Source of the DNA: a virus
Lineage: Duplodnaviria; Heunggongvirae; Uroviricota; Caudoviricetes
Virus record (IMG/VR): IMGVR_UViG_3300025942_000001
Length of the DNA stretch: 64,000 nucleotides
Reading direction: 5' to 3' (one strand)
Shown here: in pieces, positions 10,494 to 20,657 of the stretch
Numbering within the stretch: the first letter of the stretch is position 1
Layout of the letters: the number at the start of each line of letters is the position of its first letter
The notes under the pieces: model-generated
The model's input: only the letters and a program-made list of their open reading frames with translations
Databases searched by the model: none
What the model was told of the DNA's origin: nothing
Program-made: the position numbers and the translations under genes

Positions 10494-11155
10494 ATCATTT
10501 TATGATGATTATGCCGCTAAGATTATACGTGATGTTCCAGCACCATATCCAGGCATTAAATTTGACGTTGTGGAATATCCAGATAAACCTGGGATTGTTA
10601 TTTTAAGATTCTATGCTGATAATCTATACAGTTTCAGTGATAATCAACTGGAATCAATTGCACCTTGGATGAATACTCTGCTAAATAAATTAAATGGTTC
10701 ACCACTAATGTTGGCCAAATATACCTGGGAGTGTGTAGAATGAGCTACAAGTTAGAACTTGTATATGTTAAAGAGCCTGGCGTGTTGGGTCTTGTTGTTC
10801 ATTCTTATCCGGATGGAGCAAAACGCGTCTACTATCTTGTTGATGGTTTAAGCGTTGAAACTGATTTGGATGAAGAAGATTTTGATGTAAAGATTGGTGA
10901 GATTAAGTGATTGAATTCAGATGTCAGAGTTGCAACAAACCGAAAGAAGTCTTGCTTAACGTTGAGTCTTCTCTTATCAAAGGCGTTCAGCTTGTTATGT
11001 GCAAAACATGTATTGATAACAAATTTGAACCAAGGGCTTTTGTTATTATTTCCATTGATCAGTATGGAATGACAAAGCCAGCCAAGAGGATTATTATGGA
11101 AAGAAGATATCATGGTGAAACAATTGAAGCTACGGATATAATTGTTAACCTTTGA
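10486..11155 (+). other. three small CDS (10486-10743, 10740-10910, 10907-11155); the last is Zn-binding
   Basis: ATGA/GTGA overlaps; CQSC...CKTC. Confidence 0.65.
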
Positions 11156-11186
11156 CAAATAAACCTGGCTAAATTACAATTAGCTA

Positions 11187-11630
11187 ATGAACAAAGTAAA
11201 GAAAATAGGTCAGAAGGTAGCCCAATATAGTATCGATATGCTTTCTTCCATTCGTAAACACCCGATGGAAGCTATTGAACTAATTTCCGCCGCCGGTCTT
11301 TTATTGTTCGCCATATATATCATAACACCGCTGGAATGGTTGGGTATTACTTCACCAACATATAAACTTAGTTGGTTAAGAAGTTTATTCGGTATTCTCA
11401 CAGCAGCACCAGCGGTTAGATTGCTTTATATTAGATTAACTTCATCTTCTGATGAATTTATCTACTATAGACAAAACAATCGTAGAAAAGCATTGTTTTG
11501 GATAAGCTTTGCTTGGTTTTATATGTTTTTCTTAAGGCTGCTTGCGGCAGCTTTTCTACCACCATTGTCTTTACTTTTCCTCCTGCTAAGTCTTATAACG
11601 ATAGTATGTTATATAAGATTGGGAGGTTAA
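11187..11630 (+). CDS. 4-TM membrane protein, holin-like candidate
   Basis: Four hydrophobic segments; promoter TTGACA...TACAAT just upstream. Confidence 0.6.
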   Translation: MNKVKKIGQKVAQYSIDMLSSIRKHPMEAIELISAAGLLLFAIYIITPLEWLGITSPTYKLSWLRSLFGILTAAPAVRLLYIRLTSSSDEFIYYRQNNRRKALFWISFAWFYMFFLRLLAAAFLPPLSLLFLLLSLITIVCYIRLGG

Positions 11631-11631
11631 G

Positions 11632-11982
11632 ATGCTTAGTTCAACAATGGATATAATTATTGCCCTTTCGGCCGCTGGTGTGGGTGGTGGTATCATCAGG
11701 CTGATTGAGATTTGGCTAGGAAAGTCAAGAGCAAAGAATACACAAGATAGAGAGTTGCGCGATGAGTTAAGAACAAACGCCATCGCGTTGCGTCTCGAAA
11801 TAGATGCTTTAAAAGCAGAATTAAAAGAAACAGAAAAGATGCTGGATCATTGGCGTGAACAATACTGGGATATCTTCATGCGCTTTCGTGTATTCCAGCT
11901 TGAAGTTAGAGCCATTCTTATAAAGAATGGTATCGATCCTGATGATGTATTGTCTCAGGATTCCAAAAAAGAAATGGGGTAA
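11632..11982 (+). CDS. N-terminal TM plus coiled-coil protein, lysis-associated candidate
   Basis: IIIALSAAGVGGGIIRLI followed by a heptad repeat. Confidence 0.6.
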   Translation: MLSSTMDIIIALSAAGVGGGIIRLIEIWLGKSRAKNTQDRELRDELRTNAIALRLEIDALKAELKETEKMLDHWREQYWDIFMRFRVFQLEVRAILIKNGIDPDDVLSQDSKKEMG

Positions 11983-12138
11983 AATGCATAAGCATATTTA
12001 TTCCGCCGGTTCGATTAGAGACGAAGTCATTCGTAGATATTGTGAATGTGGCCACGTTTTTGCTAAGCGTGGTCCTTTTTCAGCAATAGGTACATCCGAT
12101 GACATACCCTATTACAAAGCAATGGCGGAAAGATACAA

Positions 12139-12393
12139 ATGAGTCAAATAGAAAATATATTCAATGTGTTGACTCAGAGCAATCGCAAATGGAAAATAGA
12201 CGGTAGAAATACAGAACCGACATTTGACGATGTAACCAGATTAGTAACACAGATGCAAGAAAGCCTAAGTAATTTAGAAGGTAATGCCAGTATTCAATGT
12301 GGTGGTATTATGCTTATCAAAGATGGTAATCATATTGATGTTTATGTACATTTAGGAGAATTAGATGAAGATTCAAGTAATAGAGCAGAATAA
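12139..12393 (+). CDS. hypothetical protein
   Basis: ATGA overlap with the upstream ORF. Confidence 0.65.
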   Translation: MSQIENIFNVLTQSNRKWKIDGRNTEPTFDDVTRLVTQMQESLSNLEGNASIQCGGIMLIKDGNHIDVYVHLGELDEDSSNRAE

Positions 12394-12634
12394 TTGTGGG
12401 TGGTGCACAAGACTACACCCGCACATCGACAGGCTTGCCAAGGAGCTTGACACTGTGGTAGAGTACGTCAACATCAGCAATGACTACGAACTATCTCAAA
12501 GCTGGATGATCAAGACTACACCCACCGTTTGCATTATGGATGATGAAATGGAAGGCGAACAGGCCAGATTTACTATTGGTCACGATGGTATTGCTGGTAT
12601 CATCAAAGGCGTTAAAGAGTACTTCAGTGAATGA
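12365..12634 (+). CDS. thioredoxin/glutaredoxin-like protein
   Basis: CGWC active site, cis-Pro TTPT. Confidence 0.85.
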   Translation: MKIQVIEQNNCGWCTRLHPHIDRLAKELDTVVEYVNISNDYELSQSWMIKTTPTVCIMDDEMEGEQARFTIGHDGIAGIIKGVKEYFSE

Positions 12635-12765
12635 TACTGGATTTATACCAGAAGATAATATAGCTGGTTTAGCCGCAGTACTTTCATCGGCTTGGCCGCC
12701 GGAATATAGAAAAGAAGCAGAAGAATCCATCAAAGATCTCATTCTGGAACAAGCAAAGGAATATC

Positions 12766-12993
12766 ATGAGTATTACTCTGACTTGCGGCGGTTGCACTAA
12801 CACTTGGAGCGGTTCAGGTAGATGTCATTGTGCTGGATGCCACAGGACTTTCAGTGGCCGTGTGAGCTTTGATTCTCACCGTGACCAGTATGGACCACGG
12901 GGCAGATGTCTAGACCCTGCTACGCTTGATCTAGAACTGTTTGACGGCTACTGGCGCAGAGCTGGTCAAGCCGAACAGTCAGAAGACGAATAA
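12766..12993 (+). CDS. actinophage Zn-finger protein (FDxHR type)
   Basis: CGGC...CHCAGCHRTFS...FDSHR. Confidence 0.75.
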   Translation: MSITLTCGGCTNTWSGSGRCHCAGCHRTFSGRVSFDSHRDQYGPRGRCLDPATLDLELFDGYWRRAGQAEQSEDE

Positions 12994-13000
12994 CCAACAG

Positions 13001-13042
13001 GCCCCGAAAGGGGCTTGACTGGTCTCTAGGGTGTGCTAGACT
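13001..13042 (+). promoter_or_regulatory. GAAA hairpin overlapping a promoter
   Basis: GCCCC-GAAA-GGGGC then TTGACT-N16-TAGACT; ATG at 13049. Confidence 0.65.
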
Positions 13043-13735
13043 TCTAGCATGTACGAAGGAGAGCAAGCAATGAATCGCCTCATTGCCCAATATGACGCCT
13101 TTAGGTGTGAATGCTGTCTCAATGTCAAGGACAATGACGAGAAAGCATCATGCGAATCAATGGATATTGATGTTTGTATCGATTGCCATAGATCAGAGTG
13201 TCCTAATATTCGATTGTGTGAGATTGCGGAGAGATTTTAATGGCTAAACACAAACGTTCACCGCAACGCGCTAAGCGTTCAAACGAGCATCAGCGTTGGG
13301 TTGATGAACTACGTCGTTCAAATGCCGCCGGTACTCATGGAAGCACTCGATACAATCGTCGTGAAAAGTATAAGACAGATTATAGAAACGAGGATTAAAA
13401 TGGATATGCAAGATATGATGAGCTTTGCCCAAGAGCTTAGAGAAATCGTTTGGTCTATTGAATATTTGATGGAACCTGGCGATCTCGCAGGTAATTATAA
13501 TTCTCAATGTGCAATTGATCGTATTAAGTCGAGTGAGTATTGGATTGATGAAAATGACTGCTGATATAATGTCGATTATTTATGACATTCTTAAAGAAAG
13601 CGAATTGACCAAAGGTCAAGATTTTATTTATCGCTTTGGATTTGATAGAAAAGATGGCTCCAAAGTACATATCACGGTTGAAGATGTAGGCGAACAGACT
13701 CTAGAGGTCTACACGCTGTCCTTGATCCGGGTGGC

Positions 13736-13764
13736 TTGACCTGTAGAATCACTCATGCTAGGCT
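13736..13764 (+). promoter_or_regulatory. SigA/HrdB-type promoter
   Basis: TTGACC-N17-TAGGCT. Confidence 0.75.
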
Positions 13765-13791
13765 AGTGTCACAACCAAAGGAGCTTATATC

Positions 13792-14040
13792 ATGGCTATT
13801 GACTTTGACACCACCCCGATTCCTTGCAAGCATTGTGAAAACGGACTCGTTCGTAACAACTTCACCGGTGACCTTGATCTTTGTAAGAAGTGTGCTGGTG
13901 ACGCTACGATCTTTGTTTGTCATTCATTCGCTACTACCAAGTCAACTACATGGATGGCTACTGAGTGTGACCAGTGCGCAGCCACCAAGTCTCAGCATAT
14001 GATGGTTGGTCAGTATGAGGAGCTTGTCAAGGCTGAGTGA
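13792..14040 (+). CDS. Cys-rich Zn-finger protein
   Basis: CKHC, CKKC, CDQC; RBS AAAGGAG. Confidence 0.75.
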   Translation: MAIDFDTTPIPCKHCENGLVRNNFTGDLDLCKKCAGDATIFVCHSFATTKSTTWMATECDQCAATKSQHMMVGQYEELVKAE

Positions 14041-14296
14041 TAACGACAATACTAATATTAGCAGCATTATATATAATTATATGCTGGTATGTGGAAGGAG
14101 GTAATGATGGCGGCTCTGAAAACTAATAAAGGACAATATACTTTTGTCTGGTATGCCGATAATCCTTTTATTGAAGTATTTAGACCGGGTGATTCGGTAA
14201 GTACACCCTTCGAAGTCTTTGAGGCTGGAATAAACTATAATCAATCAAGTTTCAAGAATCTCGTAAACTCTCATCCAGATTATAAGTGAGGTTATT

Positions 14297-14827
14297 ATGG
14301 CTTCCCCGATGAAAGAATATGTCTACGATCCTACTCGTAGATTTCATAAGATTTATGACTACAATTTAGGTCTCGTGCTGATGATCAGTGGTTCTGTTCT
14401 TACAATTGTCATGACAATTGTTACCCTCGGCATGATCCTTGGTGATCACAACTATGCCGTTGGTATAACAACTGGACTTATTACCTTATTCGGAATCTTT
14501 ATTGCTAGTCCCATGCTTCACTGTTCCGACGATCGAGTCCGCGAAAAGCGTGCTGTATACAAGCAATATCTTAGTATGAGTAAGGCTGATCGGCGTAGTT
14601 ACAAGGGTGATATCAGGCTTATCCATAAGGACCTTAGAGCTAATGATTCCCTTGATTATGACGACTTAATCAAACTTTTCAAATCCAAGTCTCTCAGTAA
14701 TTCGGATAGTCTCAGTTCCCGGCGGGCAAGAATCAAGCAGGAATTAAAGGATATCAAGGCAATGCAAGAGCTTAACACCACTGTTCAAAGTGAGATTGAC
14801 AAAATTAACAAGACCTTTGATCTGTAA
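14297..14827 (+). CDS. 2-TM membrane protein with a cytoplasmic coiled coil
   Basis: Two hydrophobic helices; RBS GAGG. Confidence 0.7.
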   Translation: MASPMKEYVYDPTRRFHKIYDYNLGLVLMISGSVLTIVMTIVTLGMILGDHNYAVGITTGLITLFGIFIASPMLHCSDDRVREKRAVYKQYLSMSKADRRSYKGDIRLIHKDLRANDSLDYDDLIKLFKSKSLSNSDSLSSRRARIKQELKDIKAMQELNTTVQSEIDKINKTFDL

Positions 14828-14847
14828 ACTGTAAACTGTGAGGTTTA

Positions 14848-15342
14848 ATGAGTAACTCCAAGAATTCAATCAAAGGATCAATGAAGGGCTGGCCCTTGTG
14901 GCGTGCTATGACCCGTTGGTTGATGAATAATGGCTTTGAAGTATGCCAGCTTTGTGGAACCACTGAAAATCTTAGTTTTGATCATATCATTCCAATTTCA
15001 CAAGGCGGGACTACAGTTCGTCATAATCTGGCCATTCTATGTAAACCATGTAATGAATCAAAAGCCAATACGTTCATGGAACTTGAGCCTATCCAATGGC
15101 CTAGGCCTAGTCTTGAACAGATCATGATTCAGGACTTGACACCAGGCGTTCATACAGTGTATGGTCGTGTTCTACAGCAACCCAGCGTACATGGTGTTTT
15201 CGCCGGGGAGAAAGTGTGGGAGTTCCCCACTGATCTTGATGGAATTATGACACGTATTCGTAAACGTACTAATTCAGATGGTATTGTTGTACGACCAGAA
15301 GATACAGTAATTTTACTACATCCAGAATTGGTAAAAGTATAA
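14848..15342 (+). CDS. HNH endonuclease (paralog 1)
   Basis: CQLCG...FDHIIPISQGG...NL..LCKPCNESK. Confidence 0.88.
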   Translation: MSNSKNSIKGSMKGWPLWRAMTRWLMNNGFEVCQLCGTTENLSFDHIIPISQGGTTVRHNLAILCKPCNESKANTFMELEPIQWPRPSLEQIMIQDLTPGVHTVYGRVLQQPSVHGVFAGEKVWEFPTDLDGIMTRIRKRTNSDGIVVRPEDTVILLHPELVKV

Positions 15343-15842
15343 TGTCACGTCGTCCGGGCAGTTCAACAGATAAGCTATGGCGTAGATTCTATCGTTGGCG
15401 TATGGACAATGGATTTGAAAATTGCCGATTTTGTGGCGTAAAGGATAACTTGACTTTTGACCACATTATTCCTTGGATCAAGGGTGGCACTCTTGAAATT
15501 GAAAACACCTCTATCCTTTGTTACGAATGTAATCAAGAAAAGGGATCAAAGATCATGTCCATCGAACCTTGCGTTTGGCCACCAATGGACACTGAAATGA
15601 AGAACTTCGCGGATCTAGAAATCGGTGATCGAACAATGCACGGCGTTGTTGAAGAGATTATCGATATGGGTCTTATGATTAATTCTAATGGATATGAAAA
15701 TCATATCTTCAAAATTCGTTTCAGCGGTTATTGTCCAATGTCTGAGATTTCTCAAAAATTGAGAGATGATAAGAAATTTAATGAAACTGGCTTTCTTTCA
15801 CGTCCGGCTTATTGTATGATGCACATGTACCCAGGAGAATAA
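15342..15842 (+). CDS. HNH endonuclease (paralog 2)
   Basis: CRFCG...FDHIIPWIKGG...N..ILCYECNQEK. Confidence 0.88.
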   Translation: MSRRPGSSTDKLWRRFYRWRMDNGFENCRFCGVKDNLTFDHIIPWIKGGTLEIENTSILCYECNQEKGSKIMSIEPCVWPPMDTEMKNFADLEIGDRTMHGVVEEIIDMGLMINSNGYENHIFKIRFSGYCPMSEISQKLRDDKKFNETGFLSRPAYCMMHMYPGE

Positions 15843-16229
15843 ATGAAAGAGCGTGAATGGCTTGTTCAGAGGGGCTTGGCAATCCCCGGTGCACGTGGTA
15901 GATTCTCTCGTGAGGCCAAAGCTGCTCTAGCCAAAGCTCGTGCGGATGGTATCGATATTGAATCACTGACGCATGTTCCAACTGAAACCACACCAATCAA
16001 GCGTAAGTCTGCTACAATCATCAGAAGTGATGTACAAAGACCGGAAACTGTTGCTTGGGCTTTTGACAAGGCGACCAAGGTTGGTACAACAGATTTGATC
16101 ATCGCTATCAGCTCTTGTGCTTCATGTAGCAAATCAATCAGTCGTTGCACACATGATATTCCTTTGCTGCCTTCATGGCTTGGTGGTGGCGAAGCTCTAC
16201 TAGTCAAGCCCGAAAGGTCGAATAAGTAA
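15843..16229 (+). CDS. Lsr2-like DNA-binding protein (RGR hook) with a C-terminal Cys motif
   Basis: REWLVQRGLAIPGARGRFSREA resembles the Lsr2 DNA-binding domain REWA..NG..V..RGRI. Confidence 0.6.
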   Translation: MKEREWLVQRGLAIPGARGRFSREAKAALAKARADGIDIESLTHVPTETTPIKRKSATIIRSDVQRPETVAWAFDKATKVGTTDLIIAISSCASCSKSISRCTHDIPLLPSWLGGGEALLVKPERSNK

Positions 16230-17545
16230 TGTTCAGATCAATCGTTGTTGTGCTAGCTATGCTAGCCGCAACACTGGTGCCAGTTAGTGCATCAGCTCAA
16301 ATAAGCGCTCCACCAAAGATCAATGTTAGTAGCAATGGATTCACCGCAAGTAATAAAACTTTTATTCCACGCGGTGCTAACTATATTCGTCTTACATCGG
16401 ATGGTGCTTCTGCACCTTATTGGTATATCAGCACTTTTGAACCCGGTCAATATAATGCAAGTGCCATTCGTAACGCACTAAGTCAACTATCTTATGATAA
16501 ATACAATGTCATTCGTACTTTTATCGACATTGGAAATGAACGTAATGATGGTCAAGGTGTAATGCATGGCATGGGTTTGGGTATGAATGATAATCGTCCA
16601 GTCAACCCGGATTATATGGCAAATGTTGCTGATTTCGTAAAGGCAGCAACAGAACGGAATATTTATGTAATTCCAGTTCTTTATAGATTCCCGCAAAATT
16701 GTTACTATTACACGATTGTACAAAACGGCGGGGCATGTAATAAAACCATTCCAACAGCTAATGTTGATGGTCGTAATGCTCTTTATATGGATAAAGGTCA
16801 TGTAGCAGCTAAGGCTGAATATATGAAACAGTTCAGCCTTGATCTGCTGAATCGCCTTGGAAACACCAATGGTATTCTTGCTTATGCTTCAGATAATGAA
16901 GCATATTTTGAAGCAAATAAGGCACCTTTTGCTACCAAAACTGGTAGTGTAGTAGCTGATGGTAAAACATACTCAATGAGCACAAGTGCTGGTAGGCAGT
17001 CAGCAGCGGATAATTCATTTGCTGGCTATACTACAAAGGTCAAGGCTGGACTAAAGGCCGGTGATCCAAATGGTAAGATTATTATTGGTGTCTATTCATT
17101 GTTCGCGGTAGGTAAAACAAGCTATGATGGCTTTGCTACTTATTGCTCTACTGATTGTAATCCAACAATTGATTATCGTTATCCAGCACGAGCAAAGGTA
17201 GCAGATGTTGATGCCATCGACATTCATTTCTACCCGCGTGATTCAAATACTGGATATACTGTGCAGAATGAGCTTAATACAACAGAATATAAGCAATTCA
17301 CCAAGCCTTGGTTTGTTGGTGAGATTGGTGCACACCGCGATTTCTTCAATAATGATATCGTAACTGCTGCCTATACTGTTCGTGATGCTCAAATCGCAGT
17401 ATGTAAGCTTGGTGCCAAGGGTTCGCTTTTCTGGACCTTTGACAATCAAGATAATGAAGATCAGCAAAGGCTGTTTACCTTGATGGAAAACGGCGGGGCA
17501 ATCAATGGTGTTCTAGCACCAATTGCCAATCCTACCTTTTGTTAA
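16229..17545 (+). CDS. secreted clan GH-A (GH5-like) glycoside hydrolase
   Basis: Signal peptide ending ASA-Q; RGANY, RTFID, DNE (acid/base), IDIHFY, VGEIGA (nucleophile), FWTF. Confidence 0.75.
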   Translation: MFRSIVVVLAMLAATLVPVSASAQISAPPKINVSSNGFTASNKTFIPRGANYIRLTSDGASAPYWYISTFEPGQYNASAIRNALSQLSYDKYNVIRTFIDIGNERNDGQGVMHGMGLGMNDNRPVNPDYMANVADFVKAATERNIYVIPVLYRFPQNCYYYTIVQNGGACNKTIPTANVDGRNALYMDKGHVAAKAEYMKQFSLDLLNRLGNTNGILAYASDNEAYFEANKAPFATKTGSVVADGKTYSMSTSAGRQSAADNSFAGYTTKVKAGLKAGDPNGKIIIGVYSLFAVGKTSYDGFATYCSTDCNPTIDYRYPARAKVADVDAIDIHFYPRDSNTGYTVQNELNTTEYKQFTKPWFVGEIGAHRDFFNNDIVTAAYTVRDAQIAVCKLGAKGSLFWTFDNQDNEDQQRLFTLMENGGAINGVLAPIANPTFC

Positions 17546-17567
17546 CTAATTAATCAAAGGAGTTTAC

Positions 17568-17792
17568 ATGTTTGACGTAATGGAGATTGAAATGGCTCTT
17601 ATCAGGTCTGGCTTTAACAAGACTATCCAGGGCGTTGAGTTCGTTCTTATTGGCGATACGATGGAAGTTATTGAGAACTATGTTCTTGTTGACACTATCG
17701 ACTGCACAGAGAATGGACTACCGACTGTAAACACCGAATACGATTTCGATATGACTGCCATGTGGTGGCTGTACGAATACAACATGATTTAA
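17568..17792 (+). CDS. acidic hypothetical protein
   Basis: RBS AAAGGAG. Confidence 0.7.
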   Translation: MFDVMEIEMALIRSGFNKTIQGVEFVLIGDTMEVIENYVLVDTIDCTENGLPTVNTEYDFDMTAMWWLYEYNMI

Positions 17793-17800
17793 GGATAAAA

Positions 17801-18400
17801 ATGGATTTATTCGAGGCCTGGCCCAAAACTGCACGTGGTTTTGGGCCAGCTCTTTACACGGAGAAACTTGATGGCTCAAATGTAGCTGTTATCTTTGAGC
17901 GTCGTTATGGCACTGAAGCATTTGCCGACATGAATAATGTTGTCATTAAAGATACAAACACCGATGAATTGTTTATTATTCATGTGGCAGCTCAGACACG
18001 TACTCAAATGGCCTTTATTGAAGATGATCAAGTGGGTATTGCCAGATGGGTTGCAGATCGTAAGTATAGTTTGGTTCGCGATTTATATAATTTCAACCGT
18101 GGTGCTGATCTTGAGCGTCATTATGGTGAGTATGTCAAGGGTAAAGGTCTCAAGGTTCCACATGTCTTTCTGTTCAACGCTTACCGTTGGCGAGACGCTG
18201 AGTTCCTCACTGAGGGGCTATCGGTCGTGCCGGTACTCTATGAGGGCGAACACTCTTACGAACAGCTTACAGACACACTGAGAGACCTTGAGCTTAACGG
18301 CTCACGAGTGCTTGACTCACCGGCGGAAGGCGTGATAGTCTTTCACAAGAACGACAAGACAGGCCGTAAATACTTCTGCAAAGGACAAGGACGAAAATAA
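17801..18400 (+). CDS. compact ATP-dependent RNA ligase-like nucleotidyltransferase
   Basis: TEKLDGSN, GEY, FLFN, VPVLYEG, EGVIV, RK..K; ATG at 17801 behind AAGGA. Confidence 0.8.
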   Translation: MDLFEAWPKTARGFGPALYTEKLDGSNVAVIFERRYGTEAFADMNNVVIKDTNTDELFIIHVAAQTRTQMAFIEDDQVGIARWVADRKYSLVRDLYNFNRGADLERHYGEYVKGKGLKVPHVFLFNAYRWRDAEFLTEGLSVVPVLYEGEHSYEQLTDTLRDLELNGSRVLDSPAEGVIVFHKNDKTGRKYFCKGQGRK

Positions 18401-18894
18401 TGTGCCAGATCTGCACTGACGTATTTAAGCGTAAGGACGCTAGCACTCAATATAATCTCTACTTAGCTGGTTCGCTGAAGAAGATCGTTGACACTGGCTT
18501 GAATATTGTGCTTGATATGTATATCATGTTTGACAATGTCGTTTACTTTGTTGCTTCTATCAATCCGATCGTTGATCTCACCGGTCGGGAAATCGCCAAG
18601 GCTGTAAACCTTTCTTACATCGGTTCCTTCAACTAATCAGGAGTTAAAATGTGCTACGAATGTGATCGTTACAACGACTACAACGAGACAGTCAATTTCT
18701 ACTATGCTTTCAGCCTTATTGGTTCTTTTGATGTTTCCAAGGATCGAGAGTTTGCTGTTGGAGAACTGATTGCCATTGAGAATAGTGTCTACAGTGTGTC
18801 CAGTGTAAAGGACATCAACGACACTGATGGTAACAAGATTGCCCGCGCGGTGAATGTAAGCAAGGTGGGTCCATTTGAGAATCTTAAGTCATGA
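18400..18894 (+). other. tandem paralogous small CDS (18400-18636, 18649-18894)
   Basis: Both begin MCxxC and share VY.V.S...I.D..G..IA.AVN.S..G.F. Confidence 0.75.
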
Positions 18895-19227
18895 TTTCAA
18901 AGTATCGGACAAACTGAGTACTTCTCTTTGTGCTCACACCGCCCGAGTTGGTGAAATCAAATTAGTGCTGATTATTAGTTATGGTGAGCCATTTAGTTGT
19001 ACTGCCGAACGTAGAATCTATAGCAAGAGTTATAAGTGGAGCGGTACAACCAAGCATCTAATGCAAAACATCAGAAAAATGGTATACAAAACACCTGAAA
19101 CTGATGATCCAATCATTTTGGAAGCACTATCAGCATTAAGTGATGTATATTAATTTGCATAATATGTCTTTTCCACATAGAATATATCTAGCTCCTTAGA
19201 TATATCTAGGAAAGGAGGAGACAGAAT

Positions 19228-19419
19228 ATGGCAACAACATCAATTAATGATGCCAATCTACAACCTGTGGAAACAGCAGAGGTTATCAATCTCAAAAGAC
19301 GTGAAGTTTATGAAACAGCCGTTCGTGCTCAGACAATGGGTTTGAATGATGCTAACTTCACAGATAGAGATAGAGGTCTCTATGCGGATACTCACCGCTC
19401 ACAGAGTGCTAATCTCTGA
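19228..19419 (+). CDS. small protein in a stand-alone cassette
   Basis: RBS AAGGAGGAG; terminator downstream. Confidence 0.75.
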   Translation: MATTSINDANLQPVETAEVINLKRREVYETAVRAQTMGLNDANFTDRDRGLYADTHRSQSANL

Positions 19420-19436
19420 GTAAAATAGTAATTGAG

Positions 19437-19465
19437 CTAAGGCCACCCTACATGGGTGGCCTTAG
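19437..19465 (+). terminator. hairpin terminator
   Basis: CTAAGGCCACCC-TACAT-GGGTGGCCTTAG, 12-bp stem. Confidence 0.75.
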
Positions 19466-19530
19466 TGCTTTAAGGCTTGTGTTGATCTCGACGACATGCT
19501 AGGCTTGCTCTACACAACAGAGAGGTAAAA

Positions 19531-20094
19531 ATGAAGGTCTATGTTGGTATTGATGGTGGATGTAGTTGTTATGAGGTAAATGTGGTTGGCATTTCCACCA
19601 ATCGCTTTAACGGTGGAGAAGAAATCGACGTCAAGCTTTCTGATCTGCTAGGTGTTACCTCAGAAACTAGCATTATTTCCATGCTCGATGAACTTATCAC
19701 TAGGCATCAGGAATATGCTGCTGAAGCAGAAAATATTATTGACTCTTTTCGTAGGGATATTCGCGGTCTTGAAGTGAAACTGAGCAGTAAGGCTCAAGAG
19801 GCAAGAATTGAAGCCTCTAAGGATGAAAAAATTAATAACTTTAGGGAAGCACTTAGGTTGGCTGACCAACACAGTATTGCTTTACAGAATGAAATTGATG
19901 AACTAAAGCGCCAACTTAAGGATTCTCAGCGGGGATATCGATTTGCTGGATTCATGGATAAGTATAATCAGCTTTGGACTCCTGTAGTTGGTCGTAATGG
20001 TCTATTTGAATTCCGCAGTGAAAAGCTCAGTGCTGCTGTATTGAAGAATAATGAAGAATACCAGGCGGTTCCCTATCATGAGGAAGTAAAGTGA
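19531..20094 (+). CDS. coiled-coil hypothetical protein
   Basis: RBS GAGAGG; promoter -10 TAGGCT at 19499. Confidence 0.7.
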   Translation: MKVYVGIDGGCSCYEVNVVGISTNRFNGGEEIDVKLSDLLGVTSETSIISMLDELITRHQEYAAEAENIIDSFRRDIRGLEVKLSSKAQEARIEASKDEKINNFREALRLADQHSIALQNEIDELKRQLKDSQRGYRFAGFMDKYNQLWTPVVGRNGLFEFRSEKLSAAVLKNNEEYQAVPYHEEVK

Positions 20095-20261
20095 ATCACA
20101 AACTACTATCAAATATTCTATTTGGTTGCTCTATCGGAGTTGGTCTAGAAGCAATTTATCAGATTGCTCAGCATGATTATCCAGATGTAATGGTGCTTGG
20201 TCTTATCTCATGTGCCATTATGTATGTTAGTTGGGTGATCTTCAAGCATAGGGAGCGGTAA

Positions 20262-20657
20262 ATGTATGACGATGATGATGTTGTTGTTTTTGGTCTAGTG
20301 GCAACAGTTGCATCTGTTCTTATTGTTGGTGCATTGATTGCCACCGCGTCGGATAGTCCAGAAAATGATTTTGCCACAATGTGTCAGAATTCGGATTATA
20401 TTCGTGTTGATGACAGTGAATGTGATCGTGGTATCTCTGGTACCAGCATTATGTATATCTCAACCGGTTCCAATTACAACGCACCCGGTATTGGATCAAA
20501 GATTGATCAAGGTCAGGTTATTCGTAATCTACCTAACGGTAAGAGCTTTCAAAAGGGTGGTATTAGTGCCACAGGTGGTACAGTTAAAAGTAGTCCTGGA
20601 ATTACGCGTGGTGGTTTTGGTGCCACCGGCGGATCAAAAGGAAGTAGTTCATCATGA
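20262..20657 (+). CDS. membrane-anchored protein with a Gly-rich RGGFG tail
   Basis: TM helix, C-x7-VDD-x2-C, C-terminal TRGGFGATGGS. Confidence 0.7.
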   Translation: MYDDDDVVVFGLVATVASVLIVGALIATASDSPENDFATMCQNSDYIRVDDSECDRGISGTSIMYISTGSNYNAPGIGSKIDQGQVIRNLPNGKSFQKGGISATGGTVKSSPGITRGGFGATGGSKGSSSS

